A stretch of 64,000 nt of DNA from Eledone cirrhosa (GCA_964016885.1 OZ024742.1:288238001-288302000); one strand, 5' to 3'. Positions 43,679 through 57,922 are shown, numbered from the stretch's first letter. Notes: generated from the letters alone by a model not told the origin. Translations and numbers: made by a program.

Positions 43679-44230
43679 TATATATATATATATATATATA
43701 TATGCTATATATATATATGCTATATATATATGCTATATATATATATGCTATATATATATATATGCTATATATATATATATGCTATATATATATATATATA
43801 TATATGCTATATATATATATATATGCTATATATATATATATATATATATGCTATATATATATATATATATATGCTATATATATATATATATATATATATG
43901 CTATATATATATATATATATATATATATGCTATATATATATATATATATATATGCTATATATATATATATATATATATGCTATATATATATATATATATA
44001 TATATGCTATATATATATGCTATATATATATATATATATATGCTATATATATATATATATATATATGCTATATATATATATATATATATGCTATATATAT
44101 ATATATATATAAATATATATGCTATATATATAAATATATATGCTATATATATATATAAATATATATGCTATATATATATATATATATGCTATATATATAT
44201 ATATATATGCTATATATATATATATATATA

Positions 44231-44269
<39 letters not shown>

Positions 44270-44394
44270 ATATGTATATATATATATGTATATATATATG
44301 TGTATATGTATATATATATATGTATATATATATATGTATATGTATATATATATATGTATATATATATATGTATATATATGTATATGTATATATG

Positions 44395-44431
<37 letters not shown>

Positions 44432-44474
44432 GTATATATATATATGTATATATATATATGTATATGTATATATG

Positions 44475-44507
<33 letters not shown>

Positions 44508-44522
44508 GTATATATATATACG

Positions 44523-44599
<77 letters not shown>

Positions 44600-44642
44600 G
44601 TATATATATATATGTATATATATATATGTATATATATATATG

Positions 44643-44695
<53 letters not shown>

Positions 44696-44710
44696 GTATA
44701 TATATATATG

Positions 44711-44741
<31 letters not shown>

Positions 44742-45331
44742 GCTATGTATATATATATATGCTGTATATATATATATATATATATGCTATGTATATATAT
44801 ATGCTATATATATATATATATATGCTATATATATATATATATGCTATATATATATATATATATGCTATATATATATATATATATGCTGTATATATATATA
44901 TATATATATGCTATGTATATATATATGCTATATATATATATGCTATATATATATATATATGCTATATATATATATATATATATATATATGCTATATATAT
45001 TTATATATGCTATATATATATATATATGCTATGTATATATATATATGCTATATATATATATGCTATATATATATATATGCTATATATATATATATATATG
45101 CTATGTATATATATATATGCTATATATATATATGCTATGTATATATATATATATGCTATATATATATATGCTATGTATATATATATATATATGCTATATA
45201 TATATATATGCTATATATATATATATATATGCTATATACATATATGCTATATATATATATATATGCTATATATATATATATATATGCTATATATATATGC
45301 TATATATATATATATGCTATATATATATATG

Positions 45332-45383
<52 letters not shown>

Positions 45384-45670
45384 TATATATATATATATAT
45401 GGTATATATATATATATATATATGGTATATATATATATATATATATGGTATATATATATATATATATATGGCATATATATATATATATATATGGTATATA
45501 TATATATATATATATGGTATATATATATATATATATATGGTATATATATATATATATATATGGTATATATATATATATATATATGGTATATATATATATA
45601 TATATATGCTATATATATATATATATATATGCTATATATATATATATATATATGGTATATATATATATAT

Positions 45671-45709
<39 letters not shown>

Positions 45710-45963
45710 TATATATATATATATATGGTATATATATATATATGGTATATATATATATATGGTATATATATATATATGGTATATATATATATATGGTATA
45801 TATATATATATATATATATGGTATATATATATATATATATGGTATATATATATATATATATGGTATATATATATATATATATATATATGGTATATATATA
45901 TATATATATATGGTATATATATATATATATATATATGGTATATATATATATATATATATATAT

Positions 45964-45996
<33 letters not shown>

Positions 45997-46067
45997 TATA
46001 TATATATATATATATATGGTATATATATATATATATATATATATGGTATATATATATATATATATAT

Positions 46068-46146
<79 letters not shown>

Positions 46147-46202
46147 TATATATATATATATATGCTATATATATATATATATGCTATATATATATATATA
46201 TG

Positions 46203-46238
<36 letters not shown>

Positions 46239-46275
46239 TATATATATATATATATATATGCTATATATATATATT
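43620..46275. repeat. Interrupted (TA)n satellite with GC-, GT- and GG-type blocks
   Basis: Visible directly. Confidence 0.95.
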
Positions 46276-46337
46276 TAGGAATTTATAAATTTCCGGTTGG
46301 TTGGTTGGTTCCACAACCAGGTAGTTGTTTATATATT

Positions 46338-46380
46338 GTCAAAGTTCTTTCGTCACACATTCTGTGACCTCTTCAGTGAC
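46338..46380 (-). ncRNA. Minimal type I hammerhead in the Penelope terminal repeat
   Basis: GUCA-CUGAAGA-G-GUCACA(GAAUG)UGUGAC-GAA-AGAACU-U|UGAC. Confidence 0.78.
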
Positions 46381-46581
46381 TGGGGATTCTTTTCTTTGTT
46401 TTTGTGCCTCTCCTTTGTTCTGTCCTACGCCATTTTGTTTCTGTGTGTGTGTTGTGTGCTCAGTCTGAGCATGCGCCACATCCGGGTGTCTGTGTGTGTT
46501 TATATTCGTTTATTTATTTGTTTATTTACATGTTACAGGTTGGTTGTTTGTTCTATGTGCGTGTGTGTTTTCATTTTGTCC

Positions 46582-49500
46582 TTAATTGTAAGTTGTGATG
46601 TTGCTGTTCCACTCATATTTTCTATTTAATTTTGGTTGTAATTCTTTTATGTTTATTGCCTCTGTGATTTGTCTAAACATTGCGTCTTTTCTGTGTGTTG
46701 ATTCTATTTTTATTTCTATGTTCTCTAATTTACCCTTATGTTCTATTTTAGCATGTTGGTAGAGTACAGATGATTCTTTACTATCTTGAAGGTCTCGCCA
46801 GTGTTCATTTCTCCGTTCCCCTACACTACGAGCTGTCTCACCTATGTACACTATATTTTTATCTCTACATTGTCCTTCAGTACATCTTATGCTATATATT
46901 ACATTTCTAGTTTTACAGTTAATATGGGGGCTTAATTCACAGGTTATACATTTCTTATCTATACAGGGGGGTCTTTGAAAAGGGTATGTCTTGCTAATAA
47001 GTGTTTTTACGGAGGTACCTGGTCTTTCTACTCTCTTAATATTGAGTTTATGTTTATCTAGGGCCCTTCTAAATTTGTAAGCTAATTCACCTCTAGGGGT
47101 TGTATCGATGAACATTACACTCTGGTATTTATTGCTATCATACCATGAGTTTATTCTATTAGCCTTATTCCTAGTTCTTTCTATTCTATTCCAAAATTTG
47201 CTCCTATACAAGGGGCAGGTCCCATTTGTGTCATTATTTACCATTTTTTCCCATTTGGTTCTGGCTCCTCTATACACTCTGATTTTATCTCTCTGATTGT
47301 AACCAGAGAACTGCATACGGTGGATGAAGTGTTGTATGTGTCTCTCTAGTTCTTCGGGGTTGCACATGCGGGACACGTTTCTCATCACCCGTACCAAATC
47401 CACAATCAATATGTTGATTTTGGTATGGTCCGAAACAGCTGAGTTTCGGTGGATCAGATATTTGGAAGTCATGGGTTTGGCATAATGGGAATGGAGGATT
47501 TGTTTTTTGTTATTAATGGTATCTAATCAGAGCTCTGTGTCTAGTACAGGTAATCGATGGTTGGGGTGTTTACTTGGGTAGTCTATAGTAACTAATACTC
47601 TGGTGGATGGAGTTAGCTATTTGCTGGATGCTTTCCATTGTGTTTTTCTCTAATTCCTGACTGTTCTCTAGTGGGGGTGTTTTAACTACGATCTTTATAT
47701 CATCAACGTAGCGGGAGTACATTATCAGGGTTAAGGGGTCTTCTAATTGTTCTTTAAGTTTAAGTCTACTGTCCCAACATACCATGAATAAGTTAGCTAT
47801 GTCGCCTGCAATGCTAACACCAATGGCTGCTCCCTCCTCTTGGGCATATGTTTTTCCATTAAATTTGAACATATGTTCCTTAAGGGTTAATTTTATGCTG
47901 GCCCCCACCGCATGTGCAATCATTTTCTTCAGTTCATCGTGGTTTTCGGGTGTCCGTATGGCTCTGGTCCACCCGTTCCATCTATCTGTGTCGGTTTTCT
48001 TGGCCATTGAGGTAATGGTAGGTGGTCTGCTTCTTGCTGGTCTTGTAGGGCACAGGTTGCTAAGGTCATATGTGTCTAGGTAATTATTACTATAGGTAAG
48101 TTTAAGTAGGAGTCCCAGCTCACTAGTATCAATCCCACGGAACTCAACATTGCTCTCACTGATCATTTCTACGCATTTCTCCACAGCAAAATCCATGTCA
48201 ATAGATGGATACAGGGACACAACATCCATACTACCTATTATGCAGTTTCTTAGGTCCCTAGATCGGTTACCCTCGCCGATTCTGCTGAGGAAGTCCTCCG
48301 TGCTGTCACATACATCTGGGGACATTTCAATGATGGGGCGTATGATCAGGGAGAGGAAGTAGGACAGTCTGTAGTTACTAGCAATGTTAGCTCCACAGAC
48401 TGGCCGTGTTGGTGGTCCCGTGACAGGGTCACTGCCCATTTTATAGTCTTTTCGAAGCCCATACAACGCCGGCACGTCATTGTTCCAGGCCTGGAAGTTG
48501 TTGGCAGTCCTTTTGTTGGGCTGCATTATATTCGTCCACATCACCATATGGGCATTGAGAGCCTTTTCTCTGTCCTCATGCTCCTGTGGTGTTACTTCTC
48601 TTGTGTTAGTGATGTGGGGTTGCATTGCCTGGATGTAGTTTGACAGGCTGTCAACCGACATTTTGCCAGACTTGTCTGTTGGAAAGCATGCTATCTCTCC
48701 ATTACGCGAGCGCTGCATGAGCTTACGCAAGCCATTTGCAGATTTTTCTCCCAGTTGCTTGGCCTCCATTCTATTATGCTTCTTGCTATACTGTTCTATA
48801 ATATTTCTAAGTTCGGATCTAGCTATACTAAATTGTGCTTCTGTTTGTTCATCGACCTGCGACGGCAATTGCGTGCGTTTGTTAAATGGTAAAGTTGTGG
48901 CGTGGACTCGTTGCAGGTCGAACGACTTATCGGAGGGATTATAAAAAGTAGAGTTCCAGGCTGCTGCTTTATGTGTACTAGTACTATTGTTATTGTTAGT
49001 TGTGTTGTTTCTATTTCTATTTCCACCAACAGCCTCATGGTTGTTTCTATGTCTCTCATTATTACTCTTGTCTCTTTCCACTGGCTCATTGTTATTATCT
49101 ACTCTATTTTGTGTGTCTGTGTGTTCGTCTTGGTTATTTTCTTTGTCCATAGTCTCCCTTCTCCTTTTAATCCTATTACCTTCCCTTATTTGTGTGCTAC
49201 TGACATTACTTGTTTTCTGTGTCTGTGTGTTTGTTAAGATTGTGGTGGTGGTGAGAGGCATTGAATGTGTGTGTGTTGTTGTTGTTGATGTGTGCTGTTG
49301 TTGATGTGTGTTGTTGCTGTTGTCTCCGTGTGTGTTATTATTGTTGTTTGTGTCTGCATGTCTGTTGTTGTTGTTTCTGAGTATGTTATTATTGTTGATG
49401 TGTGTGTTGTTGTTATTGTTGTTTGTGTCTGTTGTTGTTGGGATGTGTGTTGTATATGTGTGTGCGTATGTTGTTACTTTTGTTTTTGTTTTTGTTTTTG

Positions 49501-50234
49501 AGGCTCCAACGTAATTTTGTAAATGATTTTTCTATTTCTGACAAACAACTAATCATATTTACCTTCTTGAATGTCGCATATTTCCGTGGTAGTTGTAATA
49601 CAGATAATTCATCGGGGTCTACTGCAGTGTTGCCGTATATATTTGTGTTGTTGTTGTCGTTGAACTCATCTGTTAATGAGATGTCGGCCATATTTATACC
49701 GTCAATTTTGTCGGGATATCTATTGGTATTCTCTACAGTATCCTGATTTAGTTTTATCTGCTTAAGCCACTTTAGTTTCTTCTTAAAGTGCTTATCACAT
49801 TCTTGAGCAATGTACTGTTTTTCAGGACGTATAAGGCTTATAAATATTAGTTTTTCTCTTGGTGTGGTGATCTTAGTTATTTCTCGTATTAGGTTACGTT
49901 TATGTTTTTCTTGATGACTTAATTCTCTATAGATCTTCTTTTTTATGTTTAGAATTAGTGTTCGTTTTAGCCTATCTGCTTGTTTTTTGGTGAGTTGTAA
50001 TCTTCTTACATCGGTGTTGATGGTGTTGGTGTAAACTCGGGACGAGGCACATTCTTTTATGAAGTGTAGTTGTCGAGATGTTATTGTTTTTCGTAGACAA
50101 CAGAACATGGTGGTTTTCAGTATCTTGTTAGCCTGGCTAAGGCTTACGATATTTCGTTTCTGAATTTGTTTAGCAAGATTCTTTATCTGAAAACGTGTGT
50201 TGAAACCGATATTGTTATACTTTGGGAGGGTCAT
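46582..50234 (-). pseudogene. Penelope-like RT/GIY-YIG ORF, disrupted
   Basis: DKSG, LYGLRKD.K, RPV, SMDVVSLYPSI, GAAIG, RYVDD, then NVIY...YIGET...R.NEH; frameshift at ~47590, TGA at ~47527, frame break in the low-complexity stretch 49260-49420. Confidence 0.9.
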
Positions 50235-50346
50235 GTTGCCAATAAGAAACGCACGCACCAGTTGCTTTCACTTCAATTTATTATAATAAATTTATAAATT
50301 TCCGGTTGGTTGGTTGGTTCCACAACCAGGTAGTTGTTTATATATT

Positions 50347-50389
50347 GTCAAAGTTCTTTCGTCACACATTATGTGACCTCTTCAGTGAC
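50347..50389 (-). ncRNA. Second copy of the Penelope terminal-repeat hammerhead
   Basis: Same fold; one substitution next to loop II. Confidence 0.78.
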
Positions 50390-52220
50390 TGGGGATTCTT
50401 TTCTTTGTTTTTGTGCCTCTCCTTTGTTCTGTCCTACGCCATTTTGTTTCTGTGTGTGTGTTGTGTGCTCAGTCTGAGCATGCGCCACATCCGGGTGTCT
50501 GTGTGTGTTTATATTCGTTTATTTATTTGTTTATTTACATGTTACAGGTTGGTTGTTTGTTCTATGTGCGTGTGTGTTTTCATTTTGTCCTTAATTGTAA
50601 GTTGTGATGTTGCTGTTCCACTCATATTTTCTATTTAATTTTGGTTGTAATTCTTTTATGTTTATTGCCTCTGTGATTTGTCTAAACATTGCGTCTTTTC
50701 TGTGTGTTGATTCTATTTTTATTTCTATGTTCTCTAATTTACCCTTATGTTCTATTTTAGCATGTTGGTAGAGTACAGATGATTCTTCACTATCTTGAAG
50801 GTCTCGCCAGTGTTCATTTATCCATTCCCCTACACTACGAGCTGTCTCACCTATGTACACTATATTTTTATCTCTACATTGTCCTTCAGTACATCTTATG
50901 CTATATACTACATTTCTAATTTTACAGTTAATATGGGGGCTTAATTTACAGGTTATACATTTCTTATCTATACAGGGGGGTCTTTGAAAAGGGTATGTCT
51001 TGCTAATAAGTGTTTTTATGGAGCTACCTGGTCTTTCTACTATCTTAATATTGAGTTTATGTTTATCTAGGGCTCTTCTAAATTTGTAAGCTAATTCACC
51101 TCTAGGGGGTTGTATCGATGAACATTACACTCTGGTATTTATTGCTATCATACCATGAGTTTATTCTATTAGTCTTATTCCTAGTTCTTTCTATTCTATT
51201 CCAAAATTTGCTCCTATACAAGGGCAGGTCCCATTTGTGTCATTATTTACCATTTTTTCCCATTTGGTTCTGGCTTCTCTATACACTCTGATTTTATCTC
51301 TCTGATTGTAACCAGAGAACTGCATACGGTGGATGAAGTGTTGTATGTGTCTCTCTAGTTCTTCGGGGTTGCACATGCGGGACACGTTTCTCATCACCCG
51401 TACCAAATCCGCAATCAATATGTTGATTTTGGTATGGTCCGAAACAGCTGAGTTTCGGTGGATCAGATATTTGGAAGTCATGGGTTTGGCATAATGGGAA
51501 TGGAGGATTTGTTTTTTGTTATAAATGGTATCTAACCAGAGCTCTGTGTCTAGTACAGGTAATCGATGGTTGGGGTGTTTGCTTGGGTAGTCTATAGTAA
51601 CTCTAATACTCTGGTGGATGGAGTTAGCTATTTGCTGGATGCTTTCCATTGTGTTTTTCTCTAATTCCTGACTGTTCTCTAGTGGGGGTGTTTTAACTAC
51701 GATCTTTATATCATCAACGTAGCAGGAGTACATTATCAGGGTTAAGGGGTCTTCTAATTGTTCTTTAAGTTTAAGTTTAAGTCTACTGTCCCACCATAGT
51801 TTAAGTAGGAGTCCCAGCTCACTGGTATCAATCCCACGGAACTCAACATTGCTCTCACTGATCATTTCTACGCATTTCTCCACAGCAAAATCCACGTCAA
51901 TAGATGGATACAGGGACACAACATCCATACTACCTATTATGCAGTTTGTTAGGTCCCTAGATCGGTTACTCTCGCCGATTCTGCTGAGGAGGTCCTCCGT
52001 GCTGTCACATACATCTGGGGACATTTCAATGATGGGGCGTATGATCAGGGAGAGGAAGTAGGACAGTCTATAGTTACTAGCAATGTTAGCTCCACAGACT
52101 GGTCGTGATGGTGGTCCCGTGACAGGGTCACTGCCCGTTTTATGGTCTTTTCGAAGCCCATACAACGCTGGCACGTCGTTGTGCCAGGCCTGGAGGTTGT
52201 TGGCAGTCCTTTTGTTGCCA

Positions 52221-52274
<54 letters not shown>

Positions 52275-52302
52275 TTGCTATGTATATATTATATATATAT
52301 AT

Positions 52303-54647
52303 CATCATCATCATCAACGTTTAACATCCGTGTTCCACGCTTGCATGGGTTTGGACGGGGGTAGTCCCACTTGAGGCAGGAGTGATTGTCTTGCTCGCAT
52401 AGGACTGTCTGGCAGGTTTTCTACAGTTGGATGCCCTTCCTAACACCAACCACATTTACAGTGTGGGTCTGGGAGGTTTTTACCGTGTTGCCTACACGGC
52501 CACATTACAGCGTGGACTGTGTGTTTTTTTGTCGTGACACCTACACGATCTCATTTGTTTCGGCCTGGATGGCGCGGCACCAACATAACTTTACATAGAA
52601 CGGGGTGGTGTGGATGGGGTGGGGGTGGTGGTGGTGGGACGGGGTGTATTTTGTTAGAGATGCCTACTGGCTGGAGTAGGTCTTACTATATATTTAGGTA
52701 AGGCGGGTCTTCTCTGTTACTGAGTACCGCCAAAGGTCTCGGTCCAGTGACATTGTCTTGGAGAGGTGTAAGTGTGTGATGTCGGAGTTTATCAGCTCGT
52801 CCCAGGTTTTTCTAGGTCTGCCTATTCCGTGACTACCGTCTATCTTTATTGCCCTGCACTTTGTTATACAGCTATCGACTTTCATGCGCATCACGTGTCC
52901 ATACCAACGTAGCCTTCTCTCGAGTAAACAACATCTGATCCCTCTTATCTCTAATTTTTTCCTTAGTTCGTTTATGCTTTGCCGTTCACGTATATTACTG
53001 TTACACATCCAGCGGAGCATGCAAGCTTCGTTCCTCTCTAGTCTGCGTATATCCTCTGCACACAATGCCCAGGTCTCACTGCCATGCAGCATTGCTGTTC
53101 GTATGCAGGCATCGTACAACCTGCCTTTCATTTTTAGGGAGAACCCTTTAGCAGCTAATAGTGGTATAAGCTCTCTGAACTTTTTCCAACCAGTTCTGAC
53201 TCTAGCTACAGTACTTTCAGAGCACCCTCCCCCACTGCTGATTTTATCGCCCAGGTAACGGAAGCTGTCCACTATTTCTATAGAACCCTCTGCGCAATTG
53301 AAAGAGCTAGTATTTTGTGGGCACTTCCTGCTACTTATTGCACCAGAACACCGGCCACATGTAAAATCTATGTTCTTAGTTAGCTTACCTGTGATCCCAC
53401 TACATCTTTTATGCACCCATACTTTGCATTTAGGACATAAAATGGAGTTTCTACCTACGCCTTTCCTACACACCGAGCACGACCATTTCCCAGAAGGGAT
53501 CGCCGCCTTGTTTTCTTTCCTACAAACTAGAACTTTGGTCTTAGCCAGGTTAATTTTAAGTCCTTTTGACTCTAGGCCGTGCTTCCATGTTTGGAATTTC
53601 TTCTCTAGCTCGGCCATTGATTCCGCTATGAGTGTCAGGTCGTCTGCGTATAGGAGTTCCCATGGGCAGCCTGTCTTGAACTCCTCTGTTATAGCCTGAA
53701 GGGCAATAATAAATAGTAGGGGGCTGAGAACAGAGCCCTGATGGACGCCAACTTTTACGCTAAACTCTTCACTATATTCGTTGTTAATTCTAACCTTGCT
53801 GACTGTTTCTTTATACATGGCTTGTATAGCCCTCACAAGCCATTCGTCAACGCCTAGTTTTCTAAGAGCCCACCAGATAATGGAGCGGGGGACTCTGTCG
53901 AAGGCTTTCTCCAAGTCGACAAAAGCTAAGTAGAGGGGTTTACCTTTAGCTAGGTACTTCTCCTGTAGTTGTCGTACTATGAAAAGAGCGTCTGTGGTAC
54001 TTTTGCCTGACACAAACCCGAACTGCATTTCATCTAGGTCAATTCTCTCTCTGATTAGTTGCGCTATTACTTTTTCCGTGACCTTCATGACCTGGTCGAT
54101 TAATTTAATGCCTCTATAGTTACTCCTATCTAGGGCGTCTCCTTTACCCTTATAACAGTTAACGATGATGCTGCTATGCCAGTCCTTCGGAACAACCCCA
54201 TTCTGTACGACTTGGTTAACTATGCGGGTGACCATGGTGTGTCCCACCGTGCCAGATGCCTTCAGCATCTCAGCAACTATTTCCGAAGGCCCAGCCGCCT
54301 TACCCGTCTTCATATCCTTGATTGCCTTACTTATTATACTCCCCTCGACTAACACTGCTGGTCCCTCTATTGGGTCGATATGGGGGAGACTGTCTTTCTC
54401 CCATTTATTCTCCTCATTTAGTAGCCTTTCATAGTGACACTTCCAAGCTACCTTCTTATCAGCGTCGGTGATGGCAAGTGTGCCATCGTCGTTTAGTACA
54501 CACTTCTCCCTGACAATATCACGGTTTTCCTTGACGCATTGCCTAGCAATCCTGAACACCTCACGTTTTTGGTCATCGCGTTGTAGAACATGCTTGAACT
54601 TTCTTTCCTCAGCTTCCCTTCTTGCTAAGTACACTTGTCTCCTAGCT
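52303..54647 (-). mobile_element. RTE-clade LINE, 5'-truncated, near-identical to 15001-16803
   Basis: Same ORF and 3' UTR; (GAT)n tail at 52303-52317. Confidence 0.95.
52694..54634 (-). CDS. 5'-truncated RTE RT ORF with PHD-type finger (646 aa, uninterrupted)
   Basis: KAAGP, YKGKGD, NYRGIKL, QFGF, YADD and C4HC3 motifs. Confidence 0.9.
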   Translation of the reverse strand: MYLARREAEERKFKHVLQRDDQKREVFRIARQCVKENRDIVREKCVLNDDGTLAITDADKKVAWKCHYERLLNEENKWEKDSLPHIDPIEGPAVLVEGSIISKAIKDMKTGKAAGPSEIVAEMLKASGTVGHTMVTRIVNQVVQNGVVPKDWHSSIIVNCYKGKGDALDRSNYRGIKLIDQVMKVTEKVIAQLIRERIDLDEMQFGFVSGKSTTDALFIVRQLQEKYLAKGKPLYLAFVDLEKAFDRVPRSIIWWALRKLGVDEWLVRAIQAMYKETVSKVRINNEYSEEFSVKVGVHQGSVLSPLLFIIALQAITEEFKTGCPWELLYADDLTLIAESMAELEKKFQTWKHGLESKGLKINLAKTKVLVCRKENKAAIPSGKWSCSVCRKGVGRNSILCPKCKVWVHKRCSGITGKLTKNIDFTCGRCSGAISSRKCPQNTSSFNCAEGSIEIVDSFRYLGDKISSGGGCSESTVARVRTGWKKFRELIPLLAAKGFSLKMKGRLYDACIRTAMLHGSETWALCAEDIRRLERNEACMLRWMCNSNIRERQSINELRKKLEIRGIRCCLLERRLRWYGHVMRMKVDSCITKCRAIKIDGSHGIGRPRKTWDELINSDITHLHLSKTMSLDRDLWRYSVTEKTRLT

Positions 54648-54837
54648 TATATATACATACTTGGTATATATATATTATATATATATATATATATATACAT
54701 ACTTGGTATATATATATTATATATATATATATATATATACATACTTGGTATATATATATTATATATATATATATATATATACATACTTGCTATATATATA
54801 TTATATATATATATTATATATATACATACGTGCTATA

Positions 54838-54931
<94 letters not shown>

Positions 54932-54957
54932 CTTGCTATATATATATTATATATATA

Positions 54958-57852
54958 ACGGACACGTAGGTAAACACTGCGACGGCTTCAATAGAGTACA
55001 TGGAGGCCATGGAGTTGGCACAAGGAATGAGGAAGGATTCAGACTTCTAGAATTCTGTCACGCCAATGACATGTTGATATTTAACACAAACTTTAAAAAA
55101 CCCGACAACCACCTGATCACCTATAGATCAGGGGAGCACTCTAGTCAGTTAGATTTTATCCTCATCAGAGGACGTGACAGATGGACGGTCGTAAACACAA
55201 AAGCCTTCCCTAGTGAGGAATGTACATCCCAACATAGCTTAGTTGTCAGCGACCTCACGGTCAGAACTAGACGAGCCCTGAAACAGAGGCCAACCTGGAG
55301 AAGAAAGATCTGGAAGCTGAAAGTCCCCTCAACCAGTAACAGATTTAAAGATATTTTACTCAACGCCTACGACAGTAAAGAAGAACAGATAGAGACATTT
55401 AACGTAGAAGAGAACTGGGAGTTCCTAAAAAATAACTTACTAGAGGCGACGGATGAGGTTTGTGGCTGGAGTAAGACCTCAAGCAGGAGGAGAGTGACTT
55501 GGTGGTGGAACAATAAGGTAGATGAAGCAGTCAAGGCCAAGAGACAGGCATGGAAAGAATGGAAGAACGGGGGGAGCAGGGTACATTACATAGAGACCAA
55601 GAGGGAAGCTAGGCGACAAGTATACTTAGCTAGGAGGGAAGCAGAGGATAGAAAATTCAAGCATGTTTTACAACGTGAGGACCAGAAACAGGAGGTATTC
55701 AAGATTGCGAGGCAGTGTGTCAGAGATAGTTGTGATGTCATTGGAGAGAAGTGTATGATAAAGAATGATAAAGGTGAGCTTGCCCTCACAAGTGCTGAGA
55801 AGAAAGATGCATGGAAGAGTCATTATGATAGATTACTAAATGAGGAGAATGCATGGGAAGAAGAGACCCTACCCCACGTAGACCCTATAGAGGGACCAGC
55901 AGTACAAGTCAGCGGCAGCGTAGTAAGTAAGGCAATCAGAGATATGAAGATAGGGAAGGCAACCGGTCCATCGGGTATAGCTGCCGAGATGCTGAAGGCA
56001 TCTGGGTCTGTAGGTCACACTATAACCACACGTATCGTTAACCAGGTAATACTAGAGGGGGCCATACCAAAAGATTGGTGCAGTAGCATCATTGTCAACT
56101 GCTACAAAGGTAAAGGCGATGCACTAGATAGAGGAAACTATAGAGGTATAAAGTTGATGGACCAGGTCATGAAAGTAACAGAAAGAGTTATAGCACAGCT
56201 GATTAGGGACCGGGTGAATATAGACGAGATGCAATTTGGGTTTGTACCAGGGAAAGGCACCACTGATGCCCTCTTCCTTGTGAGGCAATTACAGGAAAAG
56301 TACCTAGCTAAAAGTAAGCCACTCTACTTGGCATTTGTCGACCTTGAGAAAGCCTTTGACAGAGTTCCACGGGCAGTAATCTGGTGGGCTCTTAGAAAAC
56401 TAGGAGTAAATGAATGGCTTGTGAAAGCGGTACAAGCCATGTATAGGGGAGCAGTCAGCAAAGTTAGGATTGGCAATGAGTATAGCGAGGAATTTAGCGT
56501 ACAGGTTGGGGTCCACCAGGGCTCTGTTCTTAGCCCTCTCCTGTTCATCATAGTCCTGCAGGCAATAACGGAGGAGTTTAAGACCGGATGCCCATGGGAA
56601 CTCCTGTATGCGGATGACCTCGCACTCATAGCTGAATCTATGGTAGAACTAGAGAATAAATTCCAAACCTGGAAGCAGGGACTAGAGAGAAAGGGCCTCA
56701 AAGTCAACATGACAAAGACTAAGGTCCTTATAAGTAGACGAGAAAACAGAACCCAGATCCCCTCAGGGAAATGGCCTTGCTCAGTATGTAGGAAAGGTGT
56801 AGGTAGGAACTCCATTCTCTGCCCCAAATGCAAACAATGGGTACACAAGAGATGTAGCGGGATCTCAGGAAGCTTAATTAAGAATGTAGGATTCACATGC
56901 AGCAGCTGTGCTGAAACAGCAAGCAAACAGCCACAGGAAACAAGTACCACCAATCTCTGGGAGGGCCCTGTAGAAACAGTAGACAGCTTCTGCTACCTAG
57001 GTGACCGAATTAGCAACGGAGGTGGGTGCTCAGAAAGTACAATAACTAGGGTAAGAACGGGATGGAAGAAGTTTAGGGAACTACTACCACTGCTAGCTGC
57101 AAAAGGCTTCTCCCTCAGAATGAAAGGCAGACTGTATGATGCGTGTATCCGAACAGCGATGTTGCATGGTAGTGAGACCTGGGCGCTGAAGGTGGAAGAC
57201 TTACGTAGATTAGAGAGAAATGAAGCCTGCATGCTCCGATGGATGTGTAACAGTAATATACGTGAACGACAAAGCATAAAGGAGAGAGACTGAGCATAAG
57301 AGGAATCAAATGCTGCGTGCAGGAGAGGCGGTTACGCTGGTATGGACATGTGATGCGTATGAAGGATGACAGCTGCATAAAAAGGTGCAGAGCACTAGAA
57401 GTTGATGGAAACCGCGGAGTGGGGAGACCCAAGATGACTTGGGATGAGGTGATAAAAGCTGACCTTACCCAACTACACCTCTCAAAGTCAATGACACACG
57501 ACCGTGACTTCTGGCGTCACGCAGTAATACAGGGTACCCGACCTCCCATGGGTACATGCTGAAGCATATAAACAATATGCCCCCACTCCCCCCACCGCAA
57601 GGTGGTCGTGGAGGTGCCACGGCAAAAAAAGCACCCAGCCCACACTGTAAAGTGGACGTGTAGGCGCCACGAAAAAGCACCCAGCACTCACTGTAAATGA
57701 GGTTGGTGTTAGGAAGGGCATCCAGCTGTGGAAATCAAGCCAGATCAGTTCCTGTATGAGCAAGGCATGGTCAGCCGACCAGACACTGCCCACAACAGGA
57801 CAACCCATCTAACCCATGCTAGCGTGGAAGAACGGACGTAAAACGGTGATGA
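54958..57852 (+). mobile_element. RTE-clade LINE (APE C-terminal half + RT + PHD), 5'-truncated; frameshift near 57285
   Basis: NGHVG...NEEG.RLLEFC...NTNF...QLDFIL...QHSLVV (APE) followed by RT; C-terminus continues in ORF 57317-57562; 3' UTR and GAT tail. Confidence 0.93.
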
Positions 57853-57864
57853 TATATATATATG

Positions 57865-57922
<58 letters not shown>

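Larger units (their letters stand above)
46280..52217 (-). mobile_element. Penelope-like element in partial tandem: full unit 46280-50288 plus 5'-truncated upstream unit 50289-52217
   Basis: Direct repeat with ~4009-bp offset; RT and GIY-YIG domains; hammerhead in each terminal repeat; (TA)n flanks. Confidence 0.93.

Noticed and set aside
47520-47535. In-frame TGA in the Penelope ORF as possible selenocysteine
   Set aside because: The tandem copy has TGG (Trp) at this position, so it is a simple nonsense mutation; no canonical SECIS seen
54468-54957. N-terminal part of the 941-aa ORF
   Set aside because: Antisense RTE plus microsatellite read-through; real coding similarity starts at ~54958
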